In this document: positions 36,801-50,346 of the stretch, piece by piece
Layout of the letters: every line of letters starts with the position of its first letter
Numbering within the stretch: position 1 is the first letter of the stretch
Assembly (NCBI RefSeq): GCF_018350175.1
Contig: NC_058368.1
Span: forward strand, 70,060,001 to 70,124,000
Origin: Felis catus
Lineage: Eukaryota
Direction: 5' to 3'
DNA length: 64,000 nt
Program-made: the position numbers and the translations under genes
The notes under the pieces: model-generated
Database searches by the model: none
Seen by the model: the letters and a program-made list of their open reading frames with translations, nothing else
What the model was told of the DNA's origin: nothing

Positions 36801-38069
36801 GTGTCCAAATGGCTAAATGAAAGAGCAAAGTGGCCTGGAGGGTGGAAGGTTAGGTGACTGACTGAGTGAAGCATCACGTTACTATAAAATGGCTGGACCT
36901 CATGCCGTGCGGCCTTTCAGGAAGGAAGGTGAGGAAGAAGGGGCTGAGGGGCATGGGTGCCTGTACAGCCTGGTGAGACTGAATAGAAGGTGAAGAGCAG
37001 GAGAATATTTCTACCCTGAGTGGGAGTCTGGGCAGGATTTGGAAGACTCTGGAATAGTGATTGGGAAGAAGCTCCATGGCAGGAGTTCCATGACAGGAAG
37101 AGAGGAGGGGGTTAAGTTGGGAGGCAGGCTCAGAAATTTACACAGAAGGGGTGTGGAGGTTTTCCTGGTTTTCCAAATGATCCCACAATTGCAGTGAACT
37201 GACTGACCTACCCAGGAAAGCAAGCCTTTGCCGGGTTCAGAGGTCAGGCAGGGCCGGGGCTCCCCCACAACTTGGATGGTCAAAGGTCTGGTTTGAAGGA
37301 AAGCAATGGAAGAAGAGCCTGAAGGATTAATAACATAGGGGAAAACTCTCAAGTTCAAAGTCTTTGGAATATCCTGGTCTGTGTGCCTGTAAAGGTTGAT
37401 ACGGAGCTCACGTGTTCTTAGTAGCATTTTTACAACCCTTTCTCTAAATCTTTATGCTGCCCAGTAACTATCCTTTTGATATTTGGAGATCTTTCAGGGT
37501 GAAAACTATACCTTTTTTGGGTATTTTGTTGTACTGTAATCCCCTTTGGCTCATTAGCAACCTCAAAAGGCAAGGGGACAACTGGTGGATAAGATCCAGC
37601 GAAATAAAGTACATTCTTGCCCCTCCTGGGTATCATTTATGATGTTCTTCAACACAAGATGGATAGTGTAAGTCTATCCATTTCACAGATGGGGAAACTA
37701 AGGCATAGAGAGAGATTAGGTGACTTGCCCGGGATCACAGTGAGCACTGCCCTGGGTCTGCAGGACGAGGCCCGGGCTCTGTACTGCCCATACTTTCCCA
37801 TCCCCACAGATGAGCCGACACCCCTGTGTTAACTCTGCCTCTCTCTGCAGCGGTGATACTCTGTCTCCTCTGTTCCGGCAGGTACAGAGCTTTGCTCTTG
37901 TTCTCTAGCTGATCAAAAACATTTCTGTGACAAAATGATAAACTGCGACCCTGAAGGAAATCTGGCCAGGGAAAACACTGTTTCTGAATCGATAATGTTA
38001 CCTGAGCAGAATAATCCTAATAAAAAATCCTGACCCTGACTCATCAGGGAACTGGGTTTATTTTAAGCG

Positions 38070-38245
38070 CAGTGCTTAAACTGGAGCGGCACCAGAGTCA
38101 CCTGGGGGGGCTTGTTCAACACAACTAGCCGGGCCCCACGCCCAGAGTTTCTGATTCAGCAGGGCTGGGCGGGGCCCACAAATCTGAATTTCTCCCGTTC
38201 CCAGATGATGCTTATGCTGCAGGTCCAGGAGCAGTGTGATAAGCA
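38070..38245. mobile_element. MER5A-like DNA transposon
   Basis: cagtgcttaaact...gagtcacctgggggg...gggccccacgcccagagtttctgattcagcagggctgg. Confidence 0.7.
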
Positions 38246-39637
38246 CGGACTTAAGGTCATGACTGTAGAGATAAATGCCCCAAGCTGGCATAGTGACCCC
38301 ACCTAGAAATGTAGTTATCTTGTCTAAGAAGAAGAATTTGCTACTGTGTCCATGAGAAGAACAACTCCTCTCCCCATGGGGAGGGACTACCATTTTTGAG
38401 GACAATACTGTTTGAATTTCACGTGTTATCATTACTCTAAAAGTAGTAGGGGCTCTTTCTTTAAGAAAGCAGGAGTTTTTTTTTTTTGTTTTTTTAATTT
38501 TAACTTTTATCTCAGTTCCTTCCTAGGAAGGGTGAAGAATTCTCTGTAATATGCTGTTCTGAGCTATTTTACAATGAGTCATGTTCTTTCTTTGGTAATA
38601 GCTTTACTGAGATACAGACTCACCCACTGAAAGTGTCCAGTTCAGTGGTGAGAGTGGAGCCCATGTGAAATGTGGCATCTTAACAGGGGTCCTTTCACTC
38701 ATCATCACACTGTTCCCTATTATTGCCCGGCAACATCGGCTTCTAGACAGAGCAATGGACACCTTCCTGGTTCTACTGAACTATCACTCTTTGAAACAGC
38801 GGATATAGACACACCTGGCTTTCTGAGCAGACCTCTCACCGACTTTTTTTGAGGTCAAGAAAGTGTTCTATCTTAGGTTACCCTAGTCACGCTGCTGACC
38901 CCAACCCAAGAGTGGACAAGGTCAAGTTCCCCCAGAGAAGGTAAGAGTCTACACTGTCAGGAACTAGGAAATGATGCAAAACACATTTCTGAGAATGGGT
39001 TATCAATGGCTAACCAGGGTCCAAGGATCTATTAAAGCTCCTGTCACAGCTGAACGGAGAGCCTCTGAAGGCAGTGAGCTTCCTGCTAGGGCCGGTATCC
39101 AAGCTGAGGGTGGCCAGCCACTCTCAGAGATGAGACACAAGGGATCCAACCTCATATCCTATTTATTCACTCAGCCTAAAATCCCTGACCAGGTTCAGGC
39201 CGGGAACTGTGTGAGAAAGACATGTAGGGGTCTCTTCCTGTGAAGGAGACACAGAACCGTATGCAGGGGCTCTTGAGGCCCTGGGCCTGGAGAGGGGTCT
39301 GCATGGGTTTCAGAAGGTGTCTGTAAGTCACCTGAAATTGTGTGCAAAAGCTCTCTGAGGAGATAAGGGCCCACTGGTTTCATCAGATTCTAAAAAAGGG
39401 TCAGTGACTTGACTTCGGGTATGAACTTCTGGTTGAGCAGAAGAAGAAAATGTTAACAAATAGAAAAATGTCAGGAGTATTCAAAAGTAAGCATTAGATA
39501 AATGTTAAAATGAAACAGATATCTGGGGAAAGTTAACTAAGCCTGAAGGGCCCTTCCTTCTAGAAGCTTCTGGATCCCTTCCAGAGAACTCTTTACCTTG
39601 GTGTCCAGGCTAATGTCTGTATGGGATTCTGGAAGGT

Positions 39638-39950
39638 ATTATGCTAAGCGAAATAAGTCAGTTAGAAAAAGAGATCATATGATTTCACTCCTAAGTGGAA
39701 TTTGAGAAACTCAACAGATGAACACAGGGGAAGGGAAGGAAAAATAAGATGAAAACAGAGAGGGAGACAAACTATAAGAGACTCTTAAATACAGAGAACA
39801 AGCTGAGGGTTGCTGGAGGGGGTGGGGTAAATGGGTGATGGACATTAAGGAGGACACTTGTTGGGATCAGCACTGGGTGTCATATGTAAGAGATGAATCA
39901 CTGGGCTCTACTCCTGAAGCCAAGACTACACTGTATGTTATTTAACTCGA
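39638..39950 (+). mobile_element. Carnivore L1 3' end
   Basis: attatgctaagcgaaataagtcag...acagatgaacacaggggaagggaagg...tgggtgatggacattaaggaggacacttg; same family as the 3' UTR at 8.9-9.2 kb. Confidence 0.9.
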
Positions 39951-40139
39951 NNNNNNNNNNNNNNNNNNNNNNNNNNNNNNNNNNNNNNNNNNNNNNNNNN
40001 NNNNNNNNNNNNNNNNNNNNNNNNNNNNNNNNNNNNNNNNNNNNNNNNNNNNNNNNNNNNNNNNNNNNNNNNNNNNNNNNNNNNNNNNNNNNNNNNNNNN
40101 NNNNNNNNNNNNNNNNNNNNNNNNNNNNNGCAACGGTAC

Positions 40140-40350
40140 CTGTCAATATGGTTCGCCGTTTGCACTGCTCCTCAACCCCGCCCTGCCTTTTCCCAGTCTG
40201 AGTGAAGGGCATCTCAAACATGAAGCGGCGAATGTTATGAGATCTCTCAAATTCCGTTTTCCTTTCTTGCAATTCTTTTTCATCGAAGAATGGAATCACG
40301 TGAGTCACCTGGATGTATGCATACTTGGAATCCAGATCCTTAGGGTTGAC
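40140..40350 (-). CDS. DOCK9: DOCK9 exon (DHR2)
   Basis: 211 nt, phase 0 to 1, [70 protein letters not shown]; aaag/gtaccg. Confidence 0.97.
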
Positions 40351-42243
40351 CTTTAAGGGAATAAACAAAAGGGGAGATTGGTGCTATTTGACGGACTCTT
40401 TCAAAGCATCCCTAAGCTTGTCTTTCCACTTCTTATTAATACAAGATTTGGAAAAGTTTAGAAAAGTGGAAAAAAAAATAGTACAACAAACACCCACATA
40501 CCCACCACTTAGAACGATTGCTAATGCTTTGTTCAAGTACATACACACACACACACACACACACACACGCATACGTGGACGCACACTTACACATGTACGT
40601 ATAGACTTTTTGTTGTTGTTGTTGTTGTTGAACCATTTCAAAGTAAGTGGTATCCATCATGGCACTTCCACCAGCATCTCTTAAACAGGAGGACATTCTC
40701 CTCCATGACCATAATGTATATCATACCCAATAAAACTAACTTAATTCAACACCCAGTCCGTTAAAGTTTCTCAAATGTCCCCAGAATGTTATTTATCACT
40801 ATTTGTGTTTGAACCAGAATCTAATAAACGATCATATTTAATCTAATATTCTCCATTTTTTTTTTCTGACACTGAATTTTTTTTAAGACATCATGTTAGT
40901 TTTCTTGCTGAGTGACTCCCTGTCTGGATTCTCCTGCTGGCTTCCTGAACTGCATTTTTACATATTTGGCTTAGAGAGAAAAATGTTTATTTTAGTAATA
41001 ATGTTTAATACCTAGAACCTCAAATTATAATTAATCCACAGATTATATGTAAATAGAAGTGGACGAATTAATACAGGCACAGACTAGTCTAAGACTAATC
41101 TAACGATAAGTTTAGCTCCTGATTAACTCAGCACATAAACGCTTTTAAAACTGCATTGCTACAATTCAATTAGCAGTGCTCTAACATCTGTGACGTGCTA
41201 GATAGAACATTAAACATAGATATTTCCCATACAAGCCCAATAGCTAATATATTAGGGAGACAAATGAATTTTGCACAAATGAATTGTATTTAAGCTTGTA
41301 GAGCAATAAAAGGGGAAGGGTGTGAAAGAAATGAGGGCAAAGAATTTGGAGACAATTCTGGAACTGGGGCTGACAAATAAATAAGGCCAAGAAGGTTTTG
41401 CTAAAAGCCTCTAGTTATCATGAGCCACTGTCCTCTCAACAGGAATGTTTGTGAAGAAAAATGAAAAATGGGTATGGACGTGCCTAAAACTTTGGAAGTT
41501 AAGAAAATACATAAAGTCATGAGTTATTAACTTCTATTTTAGAAATAGCCATCCGGCCAATCGCTACAACTGTGTTCAAACCTATGAAATGTGACTCTCC
41601 TTAGCAGAAGCAATGTAAAAGCAGTGGAAATGCACATGCTTGCCTAGTTCTCAGTGGTATTTCCCTAGTTGTCATTTCCGAAGTTGTACGTGCGAAACAG
41701 GAGCAACGGAGGACCGGTGTTTGGGGGAAGGGAAGAAGGTCGGGAAGGTGTTCCAGCTGTTACAAGGACAGCGGATTGAGGGGGAAGAAGAATGCACATG
41801 AGGGTCCCGAGGAGAGGCTGTCACGTTGAAGCCACAGCTTGACACAGACAAAGGTTTCAGTTTCAGAGAAAGAGGCAAATTGGACCTGGGTAGTTCAGTT
41901 TAGGAAAAAAGTAGGCCTTCAAAAGGTCCTGTTAAGGGTTCTGGTTAAAAACAGACCAACAATGTGTGTCTATCCCTTTCCTTCACGCAACTCTCTGGTA
42001 TAGAATTCACCTGTGAGGACCAAGGAAAGAGGACAGAAGACAGCAGTGGGTGAGAGAGTTTAATGAATTTCTGGAAGGCAGGTGCAAGGAGGTATGCTAC
42101 CCAACGTGGCAGAGACACCGTTTTCCCACGCAGGTGGGGCAAGGAAGGTTTCTGAGGAAAACGGCACCTGGTGATGACAGAGGTTCTAATCTAAGTTCCC
42201 ACAGAGGGATAACCAGTGAGTCAGGGTATCTCTCTGAGGCTTG

Positions 42244-42860
42244 CTGCTATGGACTGAACGTCTGTCCCCTCCAAATTCATAGGGTGAAATCATTTTTGTT
42301 TTAAAGATTACTTATTTATTTTGAGAGACAGAGAGTGAGGGAGCACAAGTGGAGGAGGGGCAGAGAGAGAAGGAGGGGAGAGAATCCCAAACAGGCTCTG
42401 CACCACCAGCACAGAGCTGCACAGAGTCCACCATCAGCACAGAGCCCAACTCGGGGCTCAAAATCACGAACCGTGAGATGGTGACCTGAGCTGAACCAAG
42501 AGTCAGATGCTTAACCAGCTGGGTCACCTAGGCTCCCCTCATAGGGTGAAATCTTAACCTCCAGTGTGATGGCACTGAGGCAGGAGGTGACCAGGTCATG
42601 AGGGCAGAGCCCCCACGAATGGGATTCATGCCCTTCTAACAGGGGCCCCACAGAGACCCCTCACCCCCTCCACCATGTGAGGACACAGGGAGGAGATACT
42701 CATCTGTGAACCAGGAAGGAGGACCTCACCAGACACAGAAACTGCTGTGTTTCTAGGTCTTGACCTAGGTTTTCCCAACCACCATAACTATGAGAAATTC
42801 GTGTTGTTGATAAGCTGCTCAGTCTGCAGTGTTCGTTACATCAGCCCGAATGCACTGATG
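42244..42860 (+). mobile_element. MLT1 LTR split by a minus-strand Can-SINE (~42300-42538)
   Basis: LTR start tgctatggactgaacgtctgtcccctccaaattcata; SINE TSD catagggtgaaatc on both sides. Confidence 0.85.
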
Positions 42861-43109
42861 CCCATAGGGGACCAGCAATAGGATTCGGGTGGCCAGGAGA
42901 GGTGTGGGGTGGAAATCAGGGTGAGCATCAAAGTCTATTCGGAGTGGTGAGGCCCCAGGTTCCCTTCCATCATCCCTGCTGCACAAGAGAGGAGAGGTTG
43001 TTCCTTAGAGGAAGTGGTCTGGAAAAACAGGTCCCACATTCAGCCCGCAGGCTGAATAATCAATCAATACAATATCATGACTATGAAACATTTCCAAACA
43101 TGGTCATAC

Positions 43110-43256
43110 CTTGCCAGAATCCTGTATCATTTTCACATTTTCAGAACCAAATTTATCTGAGTAAAGTTTAAGGAGTCTCTGGGAAATTTCTGACAGAGGC
43201 GTGAGTTTGGGTTCTTTGTAAATATACTCTTTTCCATCTTCATCTTCAAAGAATCC
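43110..43256 (-). CDS. DOCK9: DOCK9 exon (DHR2)
   Basis: 147 nt, phase 0 to 0, [49 protein letters not shown]; acag/gtatga. Not in the ORF track. Confidence 0.97.
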
Positions 43257-44095
43257 CTGTGACATAAAGCACAATTAGAGCTGTTCCCAGGTATAGCCCC
43301 AGGCTTACCACCCAGGAAGGGTTCTTGTGTTATAGGGGTTAAAAAAAAAAAAAAGGTGGGAGGGAATGATTCTAAAATAAAGTCCTACTTAAACAGGCTC
43401 TCTGAATAGGAAGGAAAATGATAATAATGTGAAATCAGGTTGCAAAGATAAAAGAAAACACAAAACTGCAAACTCATTCAAGAATGTTGAGTGAAATGAA
43501 AGACTGGGGACTCGAGACTGTTCTCTCATGATCTAATGATGGGATTCAAGCCTGTTTCACATTCCCAAGAAGCAGAGCTCACTATGAAATGATTCGGCAG
43601 GAAATGTACACACCTCACATCTCATGCCTCCCCCATTTTCACAGGATTTTACGGCATAAACAGCAACATTCCAGTCTGGAGCAGCTCTGGCAAACGTTAT
43701 GGCAAACGTTACCTGAAGTTTGTATAAATTCTATTTTGCTTTACTTAGGAGAAAAATATGAAAGGGCTGGAGCATGGCATCAGCAAAGAATTTCATGATC
43801 ACCAGTTGATTATCATGTGGTTTAGCACCAATCATGTCTGCTGAACACAGCAAGGCTTAGAATTGCATGGGAAGTGAAAAAGGTTGAAAATTTTAAAGTC
43901 CAGATTGGGGTTAATACTTGAAATTAAAAAAAAAAAGTTTCTCGTCTAAAAATAAAAGAGAGAAAATGGTGCAAAAAACACAGTATATTAAAAAAAAATG
44001 CAGGCTAACATGAGACAAATAACACCCACATCAAACTAGTGTAGATGCAGTAATTTCACTACATTACTTGCTTTTTAAGCATTTACTGTAATTAC

Positions 44096-44131
44096 CTCCA
44101 CATCTGTTTCACTGTCTGTAAACTGGTATTG
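44096..44131 (-). CDS. DOCK9: DOCK9 36-nt cassette exon
   Basis: ttttataactttatag|CAATACCAG...GTGGAG|gtaatt = QYQFTDSETDVE, phase 0 to 0; matches the recalled human insert AAQYQFTDSETDVE apart from the leading AA. Confidence 0.9.
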
Positions 44132-44815
44132 CTATAAAGTTATAAAAGACAATAACAGGATAAATTGAAGGTTATATAGTGCTCACAGAAAACCACACGC
44201 CCTAAATAAATGGATTATAATTTATATCATTTAATCATGTTAGAGACTTTGGAGGTTAAACTTTCAGTTAAATTTAAATGAACCCTTTTATACAGGGTTT
44301 CTGAAATATTACAACAGTAAATATACTTGTGGAGATATTATATTACAAAATAGAGAGATGCACAGGGAACAAAGGAAACCAGAAAGTCTTAATTTTGATT
44401 TTAAAACATGCAGTGTACATGTGTAAGGAAACAAGTGATTTATTTCTGTAAATGGAATAAAATGTTAATTTTTTTTTTTTTTTGGAGTTTGTAATGATTG
44501 GACAGATATACATACAGACTTGAAAAGGAAACTTGCAAGTCACACGGAAGTACCAAAGATGCCACTAAAAATNNNNNNNNNNNNNNNNNNNNNNNNNNNN
44601 NNNNNNNNNNNNNNNNNNNNNNNNNNNNNNNNNNNNNNNNNNNNNNNNNNNNNNNNNNNNNNNNNNNNNNNNNNNNNNNNNNNNNNNNNNNNNNNNNNNN
44701 NNNNNNNNNNNNNNNNNNNNGAACACTTACAAAATACAACTTTATAGAATTAAAAAACAAACAAAAAACCCCAAGGATTTAGAAGGACGGTCTGCGGAAC
44801 AGAGAGGAGCCTCAC

Positions 44816-44929
44816 CTGTCCAAAGAAGGCCACTCGGAAATATGTCCCCAGGAGCCTGCGGCCAGAGTGCATGACCTCAGTTACTTTGCTGTAGGCCCGG
44901 TGTAGTGTATCATACAGATGGGCTAGCCT
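44816..44929 (-). CDS. DOCK9: DOCK9 exon (DHR2)
   Basis: 114 nt, [38 protein letters not shown]; ttccag/gtgag. Confidence 0.97.
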
Positions 44930-45657
44930 CTGGAAAACAGGACAAAAAACCCATTTCTTCCCACTTGTAACTAGTAGGATCAATTGTAAAATAATTAAAT
45001 GAGAATGAATAAGTAAAAATTCCTTGGACTTGAGTAAAAGAAACAAAAACAAACAAACAAAAAACCAAAAGACCAAAAGACCAAAACCCAAAAACCAATG
45101 GTAATGCACAATGGTAATGACCATTTTCTCGACTACAATGTTTTCTACCCAGAAAGCCACCTCGCGTACCAAGGACCCATCGAATCTCCACATTGTGGTA
45201 AGCAACTTGTTTTCAAGTTAATGTGACATGTTGGAGATGGTAGAGTCCTACGATGACATTTTCAGTCTCTGCTTTTCCTACTTTCTTTGATAAGCTCAAA
45301 GAAGCTGGACAACTCCCCACCCCGTACCCCCCAGCCCAGGAAGGACGACAGGGACGCCGGCTTCCCATGCAGGGGAGCAAGGAAGAGCTCTGAGGAAGAA
45401 GGCACCTGACGATCATAAAACTCTGTTCTTGGCAACCTTTCAAAAGTAGAGTGCCACAGTTACCAATCCTTGTTTTTTGAGATTTGGTGTCGCATAATGG
45501 CTCTGAGGGTGGTGACCTCCAGCATCACACAGAGGGTCAGAGGCCACATGGTCATCTCTGACTGGGGTCTGCTTGCTCTCTTTGCATACAAGAAGGTCTG
45601 GGTGTATGTGTCGTCCCACCGTCCCCTCAAAGAGGAAGAAACAAACCACTCTGATAC

Positions 45658-45780
45658 CTCAAAATCTCTCCGCTTCTCATAAATGGGGATGATGAGTTTA
45701 TAGATGTCAGCGATTAGCTCATAGCGTTCAGCCTTCCAGAGTCCATCTGCACACTGCTCTAGAAGCTCCATGAGCACATC
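45658..45780 (-). CDS. DOCK9: DOCK9 exon (DHR2)
   Basis: 123 nt, [41 protein letters not shown]; atcag/gtatca. Confidence 0.97.
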
Positions 45781-45959
45781 CTGATCAAAGAAAAAGGCCA
45801 CCGGCCAGAGAACAGTGTTACGGGAAACATGACAGCGTATTCTTTGCAGAATGCTTAACCGGTTAAGAGGGTTAGGAAGAAAATTTCAAAACACATAATA
45901 TTTCTAAACACTAACTTCCACACTTGTTATAGCTCATCACTATGCTCTTTTTCTAAAAA

Positions 45960-46157
45960 AATCTTTTATGTTTATTTTTGAGAGAGAGAGAAAGAGTGTG
46001 AGCAGAGGAGGGGTAGAGAGAGAGGGGGACAGAGGATCCGAAGCGGGCTCTGCACTGACGGCAGAAAGCTTGATGTGGGGTTCGAACTCACAAAAAGTGA
46101 GATCATGACCTGAGCTGCAGTTGGATGCTTAACTGACTGAGCCCCCCAGGTGCCCCC
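45960..46157 (-). mobile_element. Can-SINE
   Basis: SINE body; flank cactatg(c/t)tcttt duplicated. Confidence 0.88.
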
Positions 46158-46634
46158 ACTATGTTCTTTAATGAGCCATTTTTCAGTCATTTACAAGCAG
46201 AAATGCAGGGTCACAATGTATGACCGTGTAATAGTTAATACCATGGGAAAAACTGACATTGATCACTTCACACAGTCTCTCAATTTTTGTTGAGTTCTTT
46301 TTATAATTAGAATTTCAATTTTTTTCCTTTCTGAGAAACGACAATGCTGAAACACACAGTTATTTAACTGTGGCTTTAAACCCAATTAGACACCTCAGAG
46401 CAATTTAGTAATGCCACGTAGTGGGCATGATGCCTACCACACCAACATCGTTTCCTCCTTTCCTTGGAAGTTTCTACCTACTGGAGTTTGGGTGGTCAGC
46501 CCACCTCTATTAAAGTCCTCGAACTTTGAAGGAAGCTAACACTTGCCATGACACAAGGGCTGGGGCATGTGGCTCAGGTGTAAACTAATCAGCATAAATC
46601 TATTTCCTGGCCACACTGTTTCATTTTAAATATA

Positions 46635-46652
46635 TTTTTTTAATGTTTATTT

Positions 46653-46702
<50 letters not shown>

Positions 46703-46858
46703 AGGGTAGGGTAGAGGAGGGACACACAGAATTTGAAGCAGGCTCCAGGCTCTGAGCTGTCAGCACAGAGCCTGACGTGGGGCTCGAACTCAGTGACAGT
46801 GAGGTTATGACCTGAGCCAAAGTCGGACACTTAACCGACTCAGCCACCCAGGCGCCCC
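46635..46858 (-). mobile_element. Can-SINE
   Basis: TSD tggccacactgtttc; long (GA)n. Confidence 0.92.
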
Positions 46859-47184
46859 TTGGCCACACTGTTTCCAAAGTGGACATGGGACCTAAACAGA
46901 CCAATCAGGGAGAATCTTAGGACTGAAGTGAGAGAAGTTTTCTCACCAGCCCAGACAGGAGAGGCGGCAGGGAACATGACAGGGGCTGACATCCATTTCA
47001 TGGCCAACCAGGGACCCGTCTGCCTTAGTAACAGAGTGGAGAGCTCCCCCTCCCTCCCAAAACAACTATGTCATAGATAACTCTGTAAAACATTTGCATC
47101 GATTGCTGTCAATCTCTCTGTAATTTCCTAAGGGAAGACAATTTACTTGATCTTTATTATTTAAGCCCATTTGAGTGGGGTTTC

Positions 47185-49290
47185 ATGAACGATGTTGAGC
47201 AAATTTTCATGTGCTTATCTGTCATCTGTATAGCTTTGGCAAAGTGTCTATTCAAATCTTTGACTCATTTTTCCACTGGGTTATTATTATTGACTTTTGA
47301 GAGTTCTTTACATATTTTGCATAAAAGTCCTTTACCAGACATGTCTGTACTTTTCTCCCAATCTGTAGTTTGTGTCTGGAATTTTTGATCAGTGTCTTTT
47401 GAAGAGCTGAGGTTTCTAATTCTGATGAAGTTCAATATATCAAGTTATTCTTTTCTGGATTGTGACATATTATATTGAAGAAATTTCTAACACAAGTTGG
47501 CAAAGATTTTCTCCTATGTTTTCTTCCAAAAGTTTAATAGTTTCACAGGTAAGTTTATGATCCATGAAGTAATTTCTCAATATAGTATAAAGTATGGATC
47601 AATTTTTTTATACAAATGTCCTATTGTTCCAACACCATTTGATGAAGACTACTATCCTTTCTTCATTGAATTGCCTTTGAATCCTTATCAAAAGTCAACT
47701 GAACCGTATGTGTGTGAATCTATTTCTGGTTTCCCTATTTTGTTCCATTGATAGAGGTGTCCATCCTTGTGCCATTTAATACCACAGTTTTGATTACTAC
47801 TACAGCTTTAGAGAAGGGTGTCTCCACAGTGACAGTAATGATATTTTGAGCCACACAATTCCTTGTTCTGGGGGTCTGTCCTGTGCACTACAGAATCTAT
47901 GGCAACATCCAAAGCCTCTGCCTACTAGATGCCAGTAGCAGTACCCTCTCCTTTCCCCCTTTCCCCTAAATGTGACATTAAAAACGTTTCTAGCTACAAA
48001 TTACCAAAAGTCCCCTGGGAGATGGGGACAAAATGATCCCAATTGAGAACTAATGCTAATTTATAGTAACCTTAAAAGTCAGATAGTATGACTCGTTGAA
48101 TTTTTTCAAAACTGTTGTGGCTAGTCTCTTCCTTTGCTTTTCCATATACATTTTGAATCCATTTTGTTAATTTCTACCAAAACTCCAGATGGGAGTTTGA
48201 TCAGAACTGCTCTGAATCCATAAATCAGTTTAGGGAGAATTGATACCTTAACAATATGGAATCTTCCACTCCATATATTTAGGTCTTTCATTTTTTTTGT
48301 CACTGTTCTGTAGTGTTTAGCATAGAAACCTATATAGATTTATATCTAAGTTTTTGATGTCATTATAAATAGTAATGTTTTTTTAATTTTGAGGGTTTCT
48401 TTCAAGGAAAGTGCTTTACTGAGTAAGATTTAAAGTCATCCAGCACACCTGTTTGTAGGAATAATATAAAACAATCACTGATAGGTGAAACCATGGTATA
48501 AGAATCTCTAAACGTGAAAAAGGTTGAATGCTTTTTGAATATTGATTTTGTATCCTGTTATCTTGTTAAACTCAATGTTAGTAATTTCTTTTGTAAATTC
48601 TTTGGGAGTTTCTCTGTCACAAAGACAACCGTATCTAATATGAATACAGGCAGTTTTATTTCTTTTTCTTGCCTTATTGCACTGGCTAGGACATCCAGCA
48701 CGATGTTGAATAGGAGTGTTGCAAAAACATATATTCTTGTTTTGTTTCCAATTTTAGGGAAAAGCACTCAGTCTTTCACCACTAAGTATAATGTTAGCTG
48801 CCGGATTTTTGTAGATAATCTTTTTTATTTTTATTTTTGAGAGAGACAGGGACAGAGTGCGAGCTGGTGAGGGGCAGAGAGAGAGAGGGAGACACAGAAT
48901 CCAAAGCAGACCCCAGGCTCTGAGCTGTCAGGACAGAGCCCGAAGTGGGGCTCAAACCCATGGACCGTGAGATCATGACCTGAGCTGAAGTTGGCTGCTT
49001 AACCGACTGAGCCACCCAGGTGCCCTGTAGATAATCCTTTTTAGGTTGAGGAAGTTCTTTTCTCTTCTTAGTTTTGTTGTTTCTTTTTAGACCATGAATG
49101 GATGTTGAATTTTTTCAAATGATTTATCCACATCTATTGAGATGGTCATACAGTTTTCTTTATTCTGTTAATATAGTTAATTATATTGATTGGTTTTCCA
49201 ATGTTGAGCCAACAGTGCAATCCTAGGGCAAAGCCCACATGGTCATGCTTTATTTTTCTTGTTTCTATATTGCTAGATTAAATTTGCTAA
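47185..49290 (-). mobile_element. Old L1 ORF2 remnant with nested MER20 (~47815-48052) and SINE (~48820-49025)
   Basis: Minus-strand translations GRFHIVKVSILPKLIYGF and LLFNIVLDVLASAIRQEKEIK are L1 ORF2 motifs; SINE TSD tgtagataatc. Confidence 0.85.
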
Positions 49291-50124
49291 TATATCTCTT
49301 AAGGCCAGTTGCCTTTACACATGTTTGTATCCTCTATTATACTGTAAATGAAGGGTAGGACCTATGGTTTTCACTAGTAATCTAATGTTTCACTTCAGGC
49401 CTAATGCCAACAGTTAACAGACCCAAAGAAAATAAATACATTAAAGTAGCTGTGAATCAATTTACCGGAAAGTAATGTTGGACTTAAAAAAAAAAATCTT
49501 TAAAGCAAGACATTTACCTCTTCTGTCATGTTTACAACATACAAATCGTAAAACTGTCAAATCGTGAATTTCACAAATCGTGAAACTCGGAGCCAGTGCT
49601 TATAAAGAGGTATACCAGTTGCCTCAAACTTTTGTTGCAGGTCTTTTAACTGCAAACATTAAATATTGTCTAGTAACTACGGTACTAGTCCTAGTATGTA
49701 GTACTATGTTACTACATAGTAATAGCCATAGACAAAGAAGAAATCAGAAAAGGTTCTAACTCCCTCTCTTCCCCTTGTGCATTAGAGTTGCACAATAGAG
49801 TTTTTGGGTAATTTCCTGTACCAAATTCCCCAGACTGGGAGACTAAGATTTGAATACTGTTCTTACTCCTGTTTAGTCAAACTGGAAACATATGGAAAAT
49901 TTAATAACGATGAAACCTGAATTCAAGTAGCATATCAATGGACAGCTGAGTTAATGATGGAAAAATCTGTCATATTCGGTTAAAAAAGATGGACTTCAAC
50001 CAGGGAAACTCTCTAGAATGGTTGGAAAATGGGAATGTTTGATAAAGTGAATAGAGTTTAGTAAATAATTGAAGTAAGTATCACAATCTGATGGCAACCG
50101 GCAATTAGAAAATAACATGCCATT

Positions 50125-50346
50125 GGGGCGCCTGGGTGGCTCAGTCGGTTGAGCGACTAACTTTGGCTCAGGTCATGATCTCACAGTTTGTGAGTTCCAG
50201 CCCCACGTCGGGCTCTGTGCTGACAGCTCGGAGCCTGGAGCCTGCTTCAGATTCTGTGTCTCCCTCTCTCCCTGCACTTCCCCACTCATGCTCTGTTTCT
50301 GTCTCAGAAATAAATAAACATTTAAAAAAATTAAAAAAAAAAAAAG
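50125..50346 (+). mobile_element. Can-SINE (felid type)
   Basis: TSD agaaaataac(a/g)tgccat. Confidence 0.92.
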
